From Christensenellaceae bacterium (GTDB lineage: Bacteria; Bacillota; Clostridia; Christensenellales; UBA1431), in assembly GCA_963675355.2 (NCBI GenBank), contig CAXXMZ010000024.1:23307-87306 (forward strand): 64,000 nucleotides of DNA. Reading direction: 5' to 3'. The notes under the pieces are model-generated. The model had not been told where the DNA came from and made no database searches. It was given only the letters and a program-made list of their open reading frames with translations. Below are positions 38,091-46,911 of this stretch, in pieces (the stretch's first letter is position 1; every line of letters begins with the position of its first letter). The position numbers and the translations under genes are program-made.

Positions 38091-38798
38091 ATGGAGGGAC
38101 AGCTGGTGGAAAAGCAGACGATAAACGATAGCGAAAAAGAGGATGTTAAAGAGAAGAAGAAATCCCCAAAAGTTAAAAAAAACAAGCAAGATAAAAAACC
38201 TAAAAAAGTAAAAGAAAAAAATACAAAGGAAAAGAAAGAGAAAAAAGATAAACCGCCATCACCGTTGGTGGCGGCAAGTGTAACGGCAATCGCATTTATA
38301 CTAATTATATCAACTGCAATAGCGTTGGTCTTTTTTGATGTTGGCGGTTCAAAGGCTATGGTGTTATCGATGATACAAGGTGACGAGGAACAAATAAAGT
38401 CGGAGAAAGAAATTGAACTTAGTAATGCTGAAAAGGACGTTAAAGAACGTGAAAACGGTGTAATCGAAAAAGAGGAACAGCAAGATGCCAAACAAACAGA
38501 GTTAGATCAGCGAGAAAGTTCGCTAGATTCACGAGAAGCTATCGTGAGTGGACTGGAAAATGATACGGTGAATCGAGACGCGTCTTTAGCTGAGTTAGCA
38601 ACGGTATATGCAAAAATGGATGCAAAGTCAGCAGCTAATATTATTTCTAGTATTAAGAATAATCAAGATTCTGCCGATATACTAGTCAGAATGCCAAATA
38701 GTAAAGTTGCAATGATACTTGAAGAAATGGATCCAACCCTTGCAGCAGACCTTACTCTTTTGATGCGTGACAGTACTTGGGTAGCAAATGAGGAATAG
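38091..38798 (+). CDS. YlxF/FlbB/MotE-like protein (Lys-rich N-terminus, one TM helix, MgtE-N-like C-terminus)
   Basis: Same position as Bacillus ylxF, between fliJ and fliK. C-terminal ..YAKMDAKSAANIISSI..VAMILEEMDPTLAADL. Confidence 0.6.
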   Translation: MEGQLVEKQTINDSEKEDVKEKKKSPKVKKNKQDKKPKKVKEKNTKEKKEKKDKPPSPLVAASVTAIAFILIISTAIALVFFDVGGSKAMVLSMIQGDEEQIKSEKEIELSNAEKDVKERENGVIEKEEQQDAKQTELDQRESSLDSREAIVSGLENDTVNRDASLAELATVYAKMDAKSAANIISSIKNNQDSADILVRMPNSKVAMILEEMDPTLAADLTLLMRDSTWVANEE

Positions 38799-38833
38799 GT
38801 ATTTTGGCAATAAACGTATATGGGAGGTAATAT

Positions 38834-40015
38834 ATGTACCCCTTGATGCTGTTGAATATTGTGAAAGGTGATTCACAAATTACAAAGCTTGGCGAGTCTA
38901 ATCCTGATAAAGAAATGATAGAAAGTGGATTTTTAGGATTGTTCAATGCCCTTGCAAACAACGATGCGTTGAGTTGTGATTCAATTACGGTAGACAGTCC
39001 CATAGTGAGCAAGTTAAAAACACAAATGATTGATATTTTACAAATGCTTTCGTGTGGAGATTTGGAAATTGGAGGCGAAGTACAGCAAGAAGCAACTAGT
39101 TTTTTGCAACAGCTTCAAACTGATACGACATTAACCGATCAGGACATTATCGGACAAGCTACTGATTTATTAAAAAAGGCAGGGATAATTCCTGAGGATA
39201 TTATGTTTAAGAGTGTTGCGTTTGAGGGTACTACATCTGAAGATATTACGTATGAGAGTATTATGCTTAAGGGTAGTACGCAAGATGTAGATAAACATGG
39301 AATAACAAACGCACAGCAAAAGGATAATGTTTTTCAACAGGAGGCTAAGTCACAAAATAGCGAAGAATATCAAGATGGTAGCTATGGCGTTATAACAAAG
39401 ACAGAGATGGAACAAATTCAAAACCATATCAAGCAGTTTTTGTCGGAGCAATCGTCTAAAGAAACAGTAAGTTTTGATCAGGGTTCTCAGCCTATGATAG
39501 TGACTAACGAAGCTTCACAAGAAAAGGTATTTGCTGGGAAAGCGGTGGTAGAGAACTCAACGCAGCAGCAAATTGAAACAAACAAGTACGATATTATTTC
39601 GCAGCTTGTTGAGAAGGCATCTGCCGGCGTAAAAGAAGGCAAGTATGAGATGCAGGTTACTCTAAAACCTGAATATTTGGGAAAGGTTTCAATTGAGATG
39701 GTGATGGAGGATCAAGGGATGGTGGTAAAAATTTTAGCGCCAAATCATTCTGTAGAAAATGCCATATCGTCGCAAATGATGCATCTGGAGCAAGATTTAA
39801 AGGCGCAAGGCATTGAAGTTTTAAAAATGGAAGTTACCCAGCAGCCAATGCAAGATTCATCCCAGCTGCCTAATCAGTCGCAAGAATCATATAAACAATC
39901 TAAACAAAAATATTTTACAACTGGTGATATAGATACGTTGGAGGAACTGAGCGATATGCTCTCGATGACAGAACAATTGGCATTATTTTCAAACTCTGTT
40001 GAGTTTAGGGCGTAA
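38834..40015 (+). CDS. fliK: Hook-length control protein FliK
   Basis: C-terminal Flg_hook-like YEMQVTLKPEYLGKVSIEMVMEDQGMVVKILAPNHSVENAI; located upstream of flgD and flgE. Confidence 0.75.
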   Translation: MYPLMLLNIVKGDSQITKLGESNPDKEMIESGFLGLFNALANNDALSCDSITVDSPIVSKLKTQMIDILQMLSCGDLEIGGEVQQEATSFLQQLQTDTTLTDQDIIGQATDLLKKAGIIPEDIMFKSVAFEGTTSEDITYESIMLKGSTQDVDKHGITNAQQKDNVFQQEAKSQNSEEYQDGSYGVITKTEMEQIQNHIKQFLSEQSSKETVSFDQGSQPMIVTNEASQEKVFAGKAVVENSTQQQIETNKYDIISQLVEKASAGVKEGKYEMQVTLKPEYLGKVSIEMVMEDQGMVVKILAPNHSVENAISSQMMHLEQDLKAQGIEVLKMEVTQQPMQDSSQLPNQSQESYKQSKQKYFTTGDIDTLEELSDMLSMTEQLALFSNSVEFRA

Positions 40016-40027
40016 GGAGGAGAACAA

Positions 40028-40636
40028 ATGGATATTTCTGAGGTTAGTGCAATGTATAATTCCACAACCGCAGCATCGCGAACGTCAAGTAATGAATTAG
40101 ATCAGGATGCATTTTTAGCAATATTGGTTACTCAGTTACAAAATCAGGATCCAACAAGTCCAATGGACAACACAGAGTTTGTATCTCAGCTAGCACAGTT
40201 CTCTGCTCTTGAACAGATGCAACAGATCAACTCGGGAACAAAGCTTGCGCAGGCATCTAATATGATAGGCAGATATATATATGCCATCACATCGGGCGAT
40301 GATAATGTTGGGAGTGAAATGTTTGGAAAAGTTGACGGGATGTATATCGAGGATGACGAAGCATATTTGTTGGTTGGCGAAAACAAGATTGCTCTTGAGG
40401 ATGTAGTAGCATCTTATGACAGTGACACTGTTGAAAATGTTGATGTAATAAAGTCGCTTCTTGATAGCACTGGGTTAATCGGGAAATATGCCAAAGGCAC
40501 AATTGCTGTTGACAATGAGACAGTTTCTGTTGAAGGCGTTGTTGATTCAATTAAGGTTGAAAACGGAAAAGTTTATGCCATTATAGGTGAAAACAAAGTA
40601 AACATTCTTAATATTGAAAGTGTAGTAGCTGCATAA
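40028..40636 (+). CDS. flgD: Hook capping protein FlgD
   Basis: LDQDAFLAILVTQLQNQDPTSPMDNTEFVSQLAQFSALEQ. Confidence 0.9.
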   Translation: MDISEVSAMYNSTTAASRTSSNELDQDAFLAILVTQLQNQDPTSPMDNTEFVSQLAQFSALEQMQQINSGTKLAQASNMIGRYIYAITSGDDNVGSEMFGKVDGMYIEDDEAYLLVGENKIALEDVVASYDSDTVENVDVIKSLLDSTGLIGKYAKGTIAVDNETVSVEGVVDSIKVENGKVYAIIGENKVNILNIESVVAA

Positions 40637-40666
40637 ATTTATGTAGGTTTTAGGAGGAATAATACT

Positions 40667-41506
40667 ATGATGAGATCTTTGTACTCAGGAGTATCTGGGC
40701 TTAAAAACAATCAAACACAGTTGGATGTTATTGGTAACAACATAGCAAACGTAACTACTGTTGGCTTCAAAAGCAGTCGAGTAGTATTTCAGGATTTATT
40801 CAGTCAAACAATATCAACAGGATCAGATGCAAATGCAACAAACATTGGTGGTAAGAATTCAAAACAAATCGGGTTAGGTGCTTCGATTGCATCAATAGAT
40901 GTTTCACATACGAGAGGCGCTTCACAATATACAGGCGCTCCGCTTGATCTATGTATTGAAGGAGATGGATTCTTTATTGTTGAGAAAAATGGTGCTGAGT
41001 ATTTCACAAGAGCGGGTAATTTTACTTTAGATAATGATTTTAACCTAGTAAATGCAAACGGTTATTTTGTGCAAGGTTATTCTCTAGACACAACCGCAAC
41101 TCCTCCAGCGATAGATTATTCAACCCGTACAAATATAACTCTTAGCGATGACTATTATGACGTAGCTGTAGATCAGAGCGGTGCAATTTGGGGACTGGAT
41201 GCAACTACTAACGATAAAGTTCAGTTAGGACAAATTGAGCTTGCTAATTTTGCAAACCCAAGTGGTTTGGATAAAGCTGGTAACTCTCTTTACGTTGAAG
41301 GAGCAAACTCAGGTGCGGCAACGTTTTCTTTGCCAGGTAATAACGGTACAGCTCTTTTATCGGTGAGCACTCTTGAGATGTCGAATGTTGATATAGCAAA
41401 AGAATTTAGCGATATGATAGTAACTCAAAGAGGTTTTCAGGCATGTTCAAGAATTATTACCACTACTGATCAAATACTTGAAGAGTTGGTAAATTTAAAG
41501 CGTTAG
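40667..41506 (+). CDS. flgE: Flagellar hook protein FlgE (short, 279 aa)
   Basis: MMRSLYSGVSGLKNNQTQLDVIGNNIANVTTVGFK; C-terminal LEMSNVDIAKEFSDMIVTQRGFQA. Confidence 0.85.
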   Translation: MMRSLYSGVSGLKNNQTQLDVIGNNIANVTTVGFKSSRVVFQDLFSQTISTGSDANATNIGGKNSKQIGLGASIASIDVSHTRGASQYTGAPLDLCIEGDGFFIVEKNGAEYFTRAGNFTLDNDFNLVNANGYFVQGYSLDTTATPPAIDYSTRTNITLSDDYYDVAVDQSGAIWGLDATTNDKVQLGQIELANFANPSGLDKAGNSLYVEGANSGAATFSLPGNNGTALLSVSTLEMSNVDIAKEFSDMIVTQRGFQACSRIITTTDQILEELVNLKR

Positions 41507-41570
41507 CATAAAGTTGTTGACGTGCTTAACCCTGCAATGTGCGGGTGATTATGCAAAAATGGAGGCGTGT

Positions 41571-41780
41571 ATGATATCTGTTAGTCGTATTAACGGGGAA
41601 CCTTTTTTTATTAACCCTGACGTTATTGAAATACTCGAAGAAACTCCGGACACAGTAATTACTATGGCATCGGGACGCAAGGTTGTAGTTAGCGAAAGTG
41701 CTGCTACCATTAGGAGAAAGATAATCTTTATTAAGCGACAGTATGGCAGATATGGTCCGCCAATCAATCATAGCAAGTGA
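41571..41780 (+). CDS. flbD: Flagellar protein FlbD
   Basis: MISVSRINGEPFFINPDVIEILEETPDTVITMASGRKVVV; ATG 41571 follows GGAGG. Confidence 0.85.
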   Translation: MISVSRINGEPFFINPDVIEILEETPDTVITMASGRKVVVSESAATIRRKIIFIKRQYGRYGPPINHSK

Positions 41781-41790
41781 GGGGTCCTAG

Positions 41791-42591
41791 ATGGAAATAT
41801 CGACCATTGCAGGGATAGTAGGTGGATTTGGATTAATAATATTTGGAATCTCTATTAGTGGAGATATCGCCAGTTATTTTGAATTCACATCTGTGTTAAT
41901 AGTATTTGGAGGCACGTTAGCGGCAACGATAGCTTCTTATCCGCTCTCGCAATTCAAGTTATTATTAAAGATAATCCCAAAAGCTTTTAAAAAGCAAGAA
42001 ATCGATCTTAATGAAGATTTAGAGATGTTAATAAACATGGCTCAGGTTGCACGTAGAGAAGGATTACTTGCTCTTGAAGACGCAATTGATGGAATTGAGA
42101 ACGAGTTTTTGCAAAAAGGTGGTAGGCTTCTAGTGGATGGGTGTGATCCCGAGCTAATCATGTCTATTATGGAAAGTGAATTAGATTTTTTGCAAGAGCG
42201 GCACGCAAAAGGACGTGTAGTTCTTGAGACCATGGCGAGCTATGCACCAGCTTTTGGAATGATAGGTACATTGATTGGCTTGATTAATATGTTAAAAAAC
42301 TTGAGTGATGCTGCAACTTTAGGACCTAGCATGGCTGTTGCAATGATTACAACGTTTTACGGTGTTATGATCGCTAATTTGATATGTATGCCGCTTGCAA
42401 GAAAATTAAAGGCTCAAACGGCTAATGAATTTTATCAAAAACAGATGATTTTAGAAGGCCTTCTTGCTATACAAGATGGTGAAAATCCAAGAATGATTAG
42501 AGAGAAGCTTAATACGTTCATCCCTCCTGCGGAGTTAAGAGATAGCGCATCAAATAGTAATGATGACAACGAGGGCAAGGAGACGGAATAA
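41791..42591 (+). CDS. motA: Stator protein MotA
   Basis: Four TM helices; MotA/ExbB-type C-terminal TM pair (AVAMITTFYGVMIANLICMPLA). Confidence 0.9.
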   Translation: MEISTIAGIVGGFGLIIFGISISGDIASYFEFTSVLIVFGGTLAATIASYPLSQFKLLLKIIPKAFKKQEIDLNEDLEMLINMAQVARREGLLALEDAIDGIENEFLQKGGRLLVDGCDPELIMSIMESELDFLQERHAKGRVVLETMASYAPAFGMIGTLIGLINMLKNLSDAATLGPSMAVAMITTFYGVMIANLICMPLARKLKAQTANEFYQKQMILEGLLAIQDGENPRMIREKLNTFIPPAELRDSASNSNDDNEGKETE

Positions 42592-43334
42592 TGAGTAGAA
42601 ATAAAAAAAAACGCGAAGCTGGCGAAGAACAAGGGTCGTCGTGGATGGACACATATGGCGATTTGGTTACGTTGCTTCTGACTTTTTTTGTTCTGCTTTT
42701 TTCGTTTTCCACTATTGATGCTCAAAAATGGAAGGAGATCGTAGCATCATTTACTGGATCTTCTGTTGAGGTAGTATCACCTCTTGATTCAAGTACTAAT
42801 GGTGATATTAGTTTTAACGAAGGTGCTGATTCGTCATCAGATGATAGTGATGAAGGAGAAACAGCCGAGGTAAAGAAGGAGTTCGATCAACTTTATTCAA
42901 ATATTAAAAAGCATATTGAAGAGCAAGGCCTAGAAGCGCAGGTCGTCGTTGAAAAAGATGGCGATGAAATTTTAATTAGATTGAGTGATAATGTATTGTT
43001 TGATTCAGGTAGTGCAGTGTTGCTTGATGATGCAAAAGTAATTATGGGTAGTATTAGTAAAATCATGATAAAATCTAAAAACAGTATAGGCATGGTCAGG
43101 ATTGAGGGGCACACCGATAATAGACCCATTAGCACATCTCAGTTTGCAGACAACTGGGAACTGTCAACAGCCAGGTCTTATACAGTATTAAAATATTTGC
43201 TTCATGTTGGAATGGATTCTAAACATCTAAGTATGGCAGGTTATGGAGATCAACAGCCAATTGATACTAATGCAACTCCAGAAGGAAGGACAAAAAACCG
43301 TAGGGTAGATTTTGTAATCATAAGAAAAAGTTAA
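42591..43334 (+). CDS. motB: Stator protein MotB (OmpA-like peptidoglycan-binding C-terminus)
   Basis: SWMDTYGDLVTLLLTFFVLLFS with the conserved Asp; C-terminal RIEGHTDNRPI..NWELSTARS..NRRVDFVI. Confidence 0.9.
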   Translation: MSRNKKKREAGEEQGSSWMDTYGDLVTLLLTFFVLLFSFSTIDAQKWKEIVASFTGSSVEVVSPLDSSTNGDISFNEGADSSSDDSDEGETAEVKKEFDQLYSNIKKHIEEQGLEAQVVVEKDGDEILIRLSDNVLFDSGSAVLLDDAKVIMGSISKIMIKSKNSIGMVRIEGHTDNRPISTSQFADNWELSTARSYTVLKYLLHVGMDSKHLSMAGYGDQQPIDTNATPEGRTKNRRVDFVIIRKS

Positions 43335-43362
43335 GTTATTTTGTGAAAAGGTGGTTCACACT

Positions 43363-43776
43363 ATGAGTAAAATGGTGAAGATAATAGTAGTGATATTAGT
43401 TTTGGTAGCAGGTGGAGTGGGAGCAAGTATGTTTCTCATGAATAATCCTGATGCCGAAGCTGTTGTAGAAAATAAGCAATTGCATTCGTATAACACTGGA
43501 GATTGTTTTGTAACCAATATTAAAGGCAGTACACGATTACTCAAAACTTCGATAGATTTTGCGGTGGATGACGAAAGTCATGACGACTATTTAACTGAGA
43601 ATAACGGAGTAATTCGTGACGTTATTATCTTTACGCTTAGAAAGAAGACTGAAGCTGAACTAAGGAATGAAGGCAGTCAGGATGATCTTAGAAAAGAAAT
43701 TGTAAAAGCATTGAAATCGGAATTTGATATGGAATACCTTGAAACAGTGTACTTTAGCGAGTTTGTATTGCAATAA
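43363..43776 (+). CDS. fliL: Flagellar basal body protein FliL
   Basis: One N-terminal TM helix plus a FliL-like periplasmic domain; located between motB and fliM. Confidence 0.8.
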   Translation: MSKMVKIIVVILVLVAGGVGASMFLMNNPDAEAVVENKQLHSYNTGDCFVTNIKGSTRLLKTSIDFAVDDESHDDYLTENNGVIRDVIIFTLRKKTEAELRNEGSQDDLRKEIVKALKSEFDMEYLETVYFSEFVLQ

Positions 43777-43797
43777 TTGATTTAAATCAAGAAACAG

Positions 43798-44787
43798 GTG
43801 ATGCATGTGGCTCAGATTTTATCCCAAAATGAAATAGACGAATTAATGTCTGCGTTGACTGGTGGCGGGGAAGAACCCAAAATCAGCACAGAAGATGATC
43901 AAGTTCGCGACTATGATTTTAAGATGGCTAATAAGTTTTCTAAGGATCAGATTAAGTCGCTTAAAATCATTTTTGAAGGATTTGCGCGTGCATTGTCTGC
44001 GCATTTATCAGGTGTAATGCGTGTTTCATGTTCTGCTGAAGTGATGCTGGTGGAAGAACAGGCTTTTTTAGAGTTTAGTAATGCGATGCTTTCGCCGTTA
44101 TTGTTGGCAATATTTAAGCTTGAGCCTATGACTGGGTCGCTAATGATGCAGATGTCATCTGAAGTTGTTGATGCAATAATCAGTAGAGTGTTTGGAGGGA
44201 AGGTGCAAGGGAGTCAGCGTAGCAAGGTGTTTACAGAAGTGGAGCTTGCAACTATGGATCGCTTGGTCAGACAAATATTGAGATTGTTGTCTGATGCATG
44301 GAAGAGAATAATTGATACCAATGCAACTTTGGAAAGTATTGAAACTAGCCCGCAGTTTGCACAGATTGTGGCACCATCTGAGACAGTCGTTATTGTATCA
44401 ATAAGAGTAAAAGCTAGTGATATGGAGGATACAATAAATATCTGTATACCGCATATGGCTTTGGAGCCGATATATAAAGCTCTAAATTCAAAGGTGCAGT
44501 TTGAAGGAAGTCGTGCTAAAGCAAACGTTTCACATAAAGAAGAGATTTCTAAGCAGATTTCTGAAACGAAGGTGACGTTACATGCTGTGTTAGACGAAAC
44601 TCCAGCCACTATTAGGGAAATATTGGACTTGCAAGTAGGGGATATTATATGCCTTAATCACAATGTGCACATGGATGCGACTTTAGTGGCATCTGGCACT
44701 CCAAAGTTTAAAGGTAAGATTGGCAAGTCAAATGGACGGTTTGCAATTGAAATTACCGAAACGCTAAAGGAGGAACCAAAGGAATGA
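43798..44787 (+). CDS. fliM: Switch protein FliM
   Basis: N-terminal CheY-P docking peptide LSQNEIDELMSAL; C-terminal SpoA-like domain. Confidence 0.9.
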   Translation: MMHVAQILSQNEIDELMSALTGGGEEPKISTEDDQVRDYDFKMANKFSKDQIKSLKIIFEGFARALSAHLSGVMRVSCSAEVMLVEEQAFLEFSNAMLSPLLLAIFKLEPMTGSLMMQMSSEVVDAIISRVFGGKVQGSQRSKVFTEVELATMDRLVRQILRLLSDAWKRIIDTNATLESIETSPQFAQIVAPSETVVIVSIRVKASDMEDTINICIPHMALEPIYKALNSKVQFEGSRAKANVSHKEEISKQISETKVTLHAVLDETPATIREILDLQVGDIICLNHNVHMDATLVASGTPKFKGKIGKSNGRFAIEITETLKEEPKE

Positions 44788-45092
44788 TGACATCAAACGC
44801 AAAGAATTGGAATAATGATATACGGAAAGAAAACCAGAATGGATCAGGGATGGACGAAAACGACAAGATGAATCTTGTCATTGACATGCCTATGACAGTT
44901 ACAGTTGAGCTGGGGCAGGTGCAATTGCCTATTAGCGAGATACTTAGTTTTCATGCTGGATCTATTATAGAACTAAAAAAGGGAGACGATGAACCTGTTG
45001 AGGTGCGTGCAAACGGAAAATTGATTGCACGAGGTGATGTGGTTGTGGTTAATGAAAATTACGGAGTAAGAATAAGCGAGGTTTCTGAATAA
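44784..45092 (+). CDS. fliN: Switch protein FliN (short form, no CheC-like FliY domain)
   Basis: 102 aa; SpoA domain VTVELGQVQLPISEILSFHAGSIIEL..VRANGKLIARGDVVVVNENYGVRISEV. Confidence 0.9.
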   Translation: MMTSNAKNWNNDIRKENQNGSGMDENDKMNLVIDMPMTVTVELGQVQLPISEILSFHAGSIIELKKGDDEPVEVRANGKLIARGDVVVVNENYGVRISEVSE

Positions 45093-45125
45093 CAAATTAC
45101 ATGTTCAGAATAAGCAATGGTATAT

Positions 45126-45148
45126 GCGAGCAATTTGCTCGCTTTTTT
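45126..45148 (+). terminator. Rho-independent terminator ending the flagellar locus
   Basis: GCGAGCAA-TT-TGCTCGC followed by a T6 run. Confidence 0.8.
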
Positions 45149-45230
45149 ACTTTTATTATTTAAGAAGCGTTTGAATACAAGAAGATTTGGTAGTATAGTA
45201 ATAATATAGATAAATATTTTGGAGAATGTA

Positions 45231-45887
45231 ATGGAACCTAAAAATTTAAAGGATAATGACGTAAAAGCAGTAATATTTGACATGGATGGTGTAATAACTG
45301 ATTCTATGTGGGTATGGGAGAAAATTGGAAGCGACTATTTGGACGATAATGACTTTGATTTTAAAGGTGAATGGTTTGATGAGATTAGTGGTTTAGGGTT
45401 ATATCAAGCCGCAGATTATACCATTGAGAGGCTGGGCTTAGATGTAAGCAGTCAGGATGTTGTAGATGACTGGGTTGCACGTGCACTTGTTGAATATAAT
45501 AGCAAGGTTGAGTTGATTAATGGCGTAAAAGAATATGTGTGTGCGCTTAAGCAAGCGGGAATGAAGCTTGCAGTTTTAACGGCAGCACATCATGACATTG
45601 CGCATGCAGTATTAAATCGGTTTGACATGATGCAATATTTTGATGAAGTGATTAGTGAGTGCCAGGTGAACCTAGGTAAAGAAACGCCAAAGTTATTTGA
45701 GTTGGTAGCTAACATATTGGATGTTAAGCCAACGGAGTGTATTATGTTTGAGGATAGCTTGTATTCGGCAATGTCTGCTAAAGAAGCAGGGATGAAAGTA
45801 GTAAGAGTATGTAGTGGAAAAAAGATTGAACCGCGTAAGGAATTTGACGATATAGCTGACTATATAATTTCGCATTATGCTGGTTAG
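45231..45887 (+). CDS. HAD-superfamily hydrolase (beta-phosphoglucomutase-like subfamily)
   Basis: DMDGVITDS motif I, LTAA motif II region, FEDS motif III/IV. Confidence 0.8.
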   Translation: MEPKNLKDNDVKAVIFDMDGVITDSMWVWEKIGSDYLDDNDFDFKGEWFDEISGLGLYQAADYTIERLGLDVSSQDVVDDWVARALVEYNSKVELINGVKEYVCALKQAGMKLAVLTAAHHDIAHAVLNRFDMMQYFDEVISECQVNLGKETPKLFELVANILDVKPTECIMFEDSLYSAMSAKEAGMKVVRVCSGKKIEPRKEFDDIADYIISHYAG

Positions 45888-45892
45888 GAGCG

Positions 45893-46564
45893 ATGATGGA
45901 TCATTTTGACAAAGTACTTCGGTTGTTTCCTGTATTAAATACGCTTAGAAAAAACGATCTTGACGGTTTATTAAATAGTGCGTATATTGCTAAGAAAAAT
46001 CAAGGCAACATATTGTTACGTGAGGGCCAGACATGTGAAAATATTCCACTAGTGTTATCTGGTGTGATACGAATTTATAAGATATCGTCAAGCGGTAGAG
46101 AACTAACTATTTTTAGAGCAAAAGCTGGAGATACGTGTCTAGTGTCGCTTGCGTGTAGACTAAAAGGGGAAGATTTTCCTGCAATTGCAGAAAACGAAGT
46201 CGATACGACCATGTTTATGATACCACTTAGTGCCTATAATTTGTATTTAAACAATCATTTAGAGTGGAAGGATTTTTTGATTACAACGTTATATGATAGG
46301 ATGATTGAATCGATGCAGGTGGTGCAAAGTATTGCATTTGACAGCATTAACAAGCGTATTGGGCAGTGGATGATTATGCAAATGGATAAGTTTGGATCGA
46401 ATGAAATACATGCGACTCATGAAACGATTGCAGCTGAACTAGGTACAGCACGAGAAGTTGTTTCAAGAGTTTTAGGTGAATTAAAGGATATTGGAGTTAT
46501 TGCACTTAGCCGTGGTAGAATTAGAGTAGTAGATTCACGATATGTAAAATCAATATCAGAGTAA
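45893..46564 (+). CDS. Crp/Fnr-family transcriptional regulator
   Basis: N-terminal cNMP-binding-like beta-roll and C-terminal HTH (HETIAAELGTAREVVSRVLGELKDIGVI). Confidence 0.8.
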   Translation: MMDHFDKVLRLFPVLNTLRKNDLDGLLNSAYIAKKNQGNILLREGQTCENIPLVLSGVIRIYKISSSGRELTIFRAKAGDTCLVSLACRLKGEDFPAIAENEVDTTMFMIPLSAYNLYLNNHLEWKDFLITTLYDRMIESMQVVQSIAFDSINKRIGQWMIMQMDKFGSNEIHATHETIAAELGTAREVVSRVLGELKDIGVIALSRGRIRVVDSRYVKSISE

Positions 46565-46585
46565 AAATAGTAAAATTTTTTTGTT

Positions 46586-46610
46586 GAGACCGATAAAGGT
46601 CTTTTTTTTT
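46586..46610 (+). terminator. Rho-independent terminator after the crp-like gene
   Basis: AGACC-GATAAA-GGTCT followed by a T9 run. Confidence 0.7.
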
Positions 46611-46705
46611 GTGTAATTATGTCAAATTAACTTATACAGGAAAACAGAAGAAAACAGAGAAAAATCAAGGAAACGGCAAAAAAAACACTTGATTTGTTGA
46701 TTAAA

Positions 46706-46734
46706 TTGACACATAATACTAATATGAATATAGT
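46706..46734 (+). promoter_or_regulatory. Candidate sigma-A promoter of the MucBP adhesin gene
   Basis: TTGACA-N17-TATAGT; leaves a leader of about 170 nt before ATG 46912. Confidence 0.5.
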
Positions 46735-46911
46735 TAACATTCAAAGATAATAGTGTGTATTTTTGGGAGTGAGGGTAAATACTACTGTTAACATTTTGAA
46801 AATTTTTTGATTTCTAAAGGATAGCATACGTTCGATACGGCAATCAAGCTGATGAGTAGGATAGCGATTGCTCTATAGATAAAACGAGTTCATGATGAAG
46901 GAGAGGTTTAT

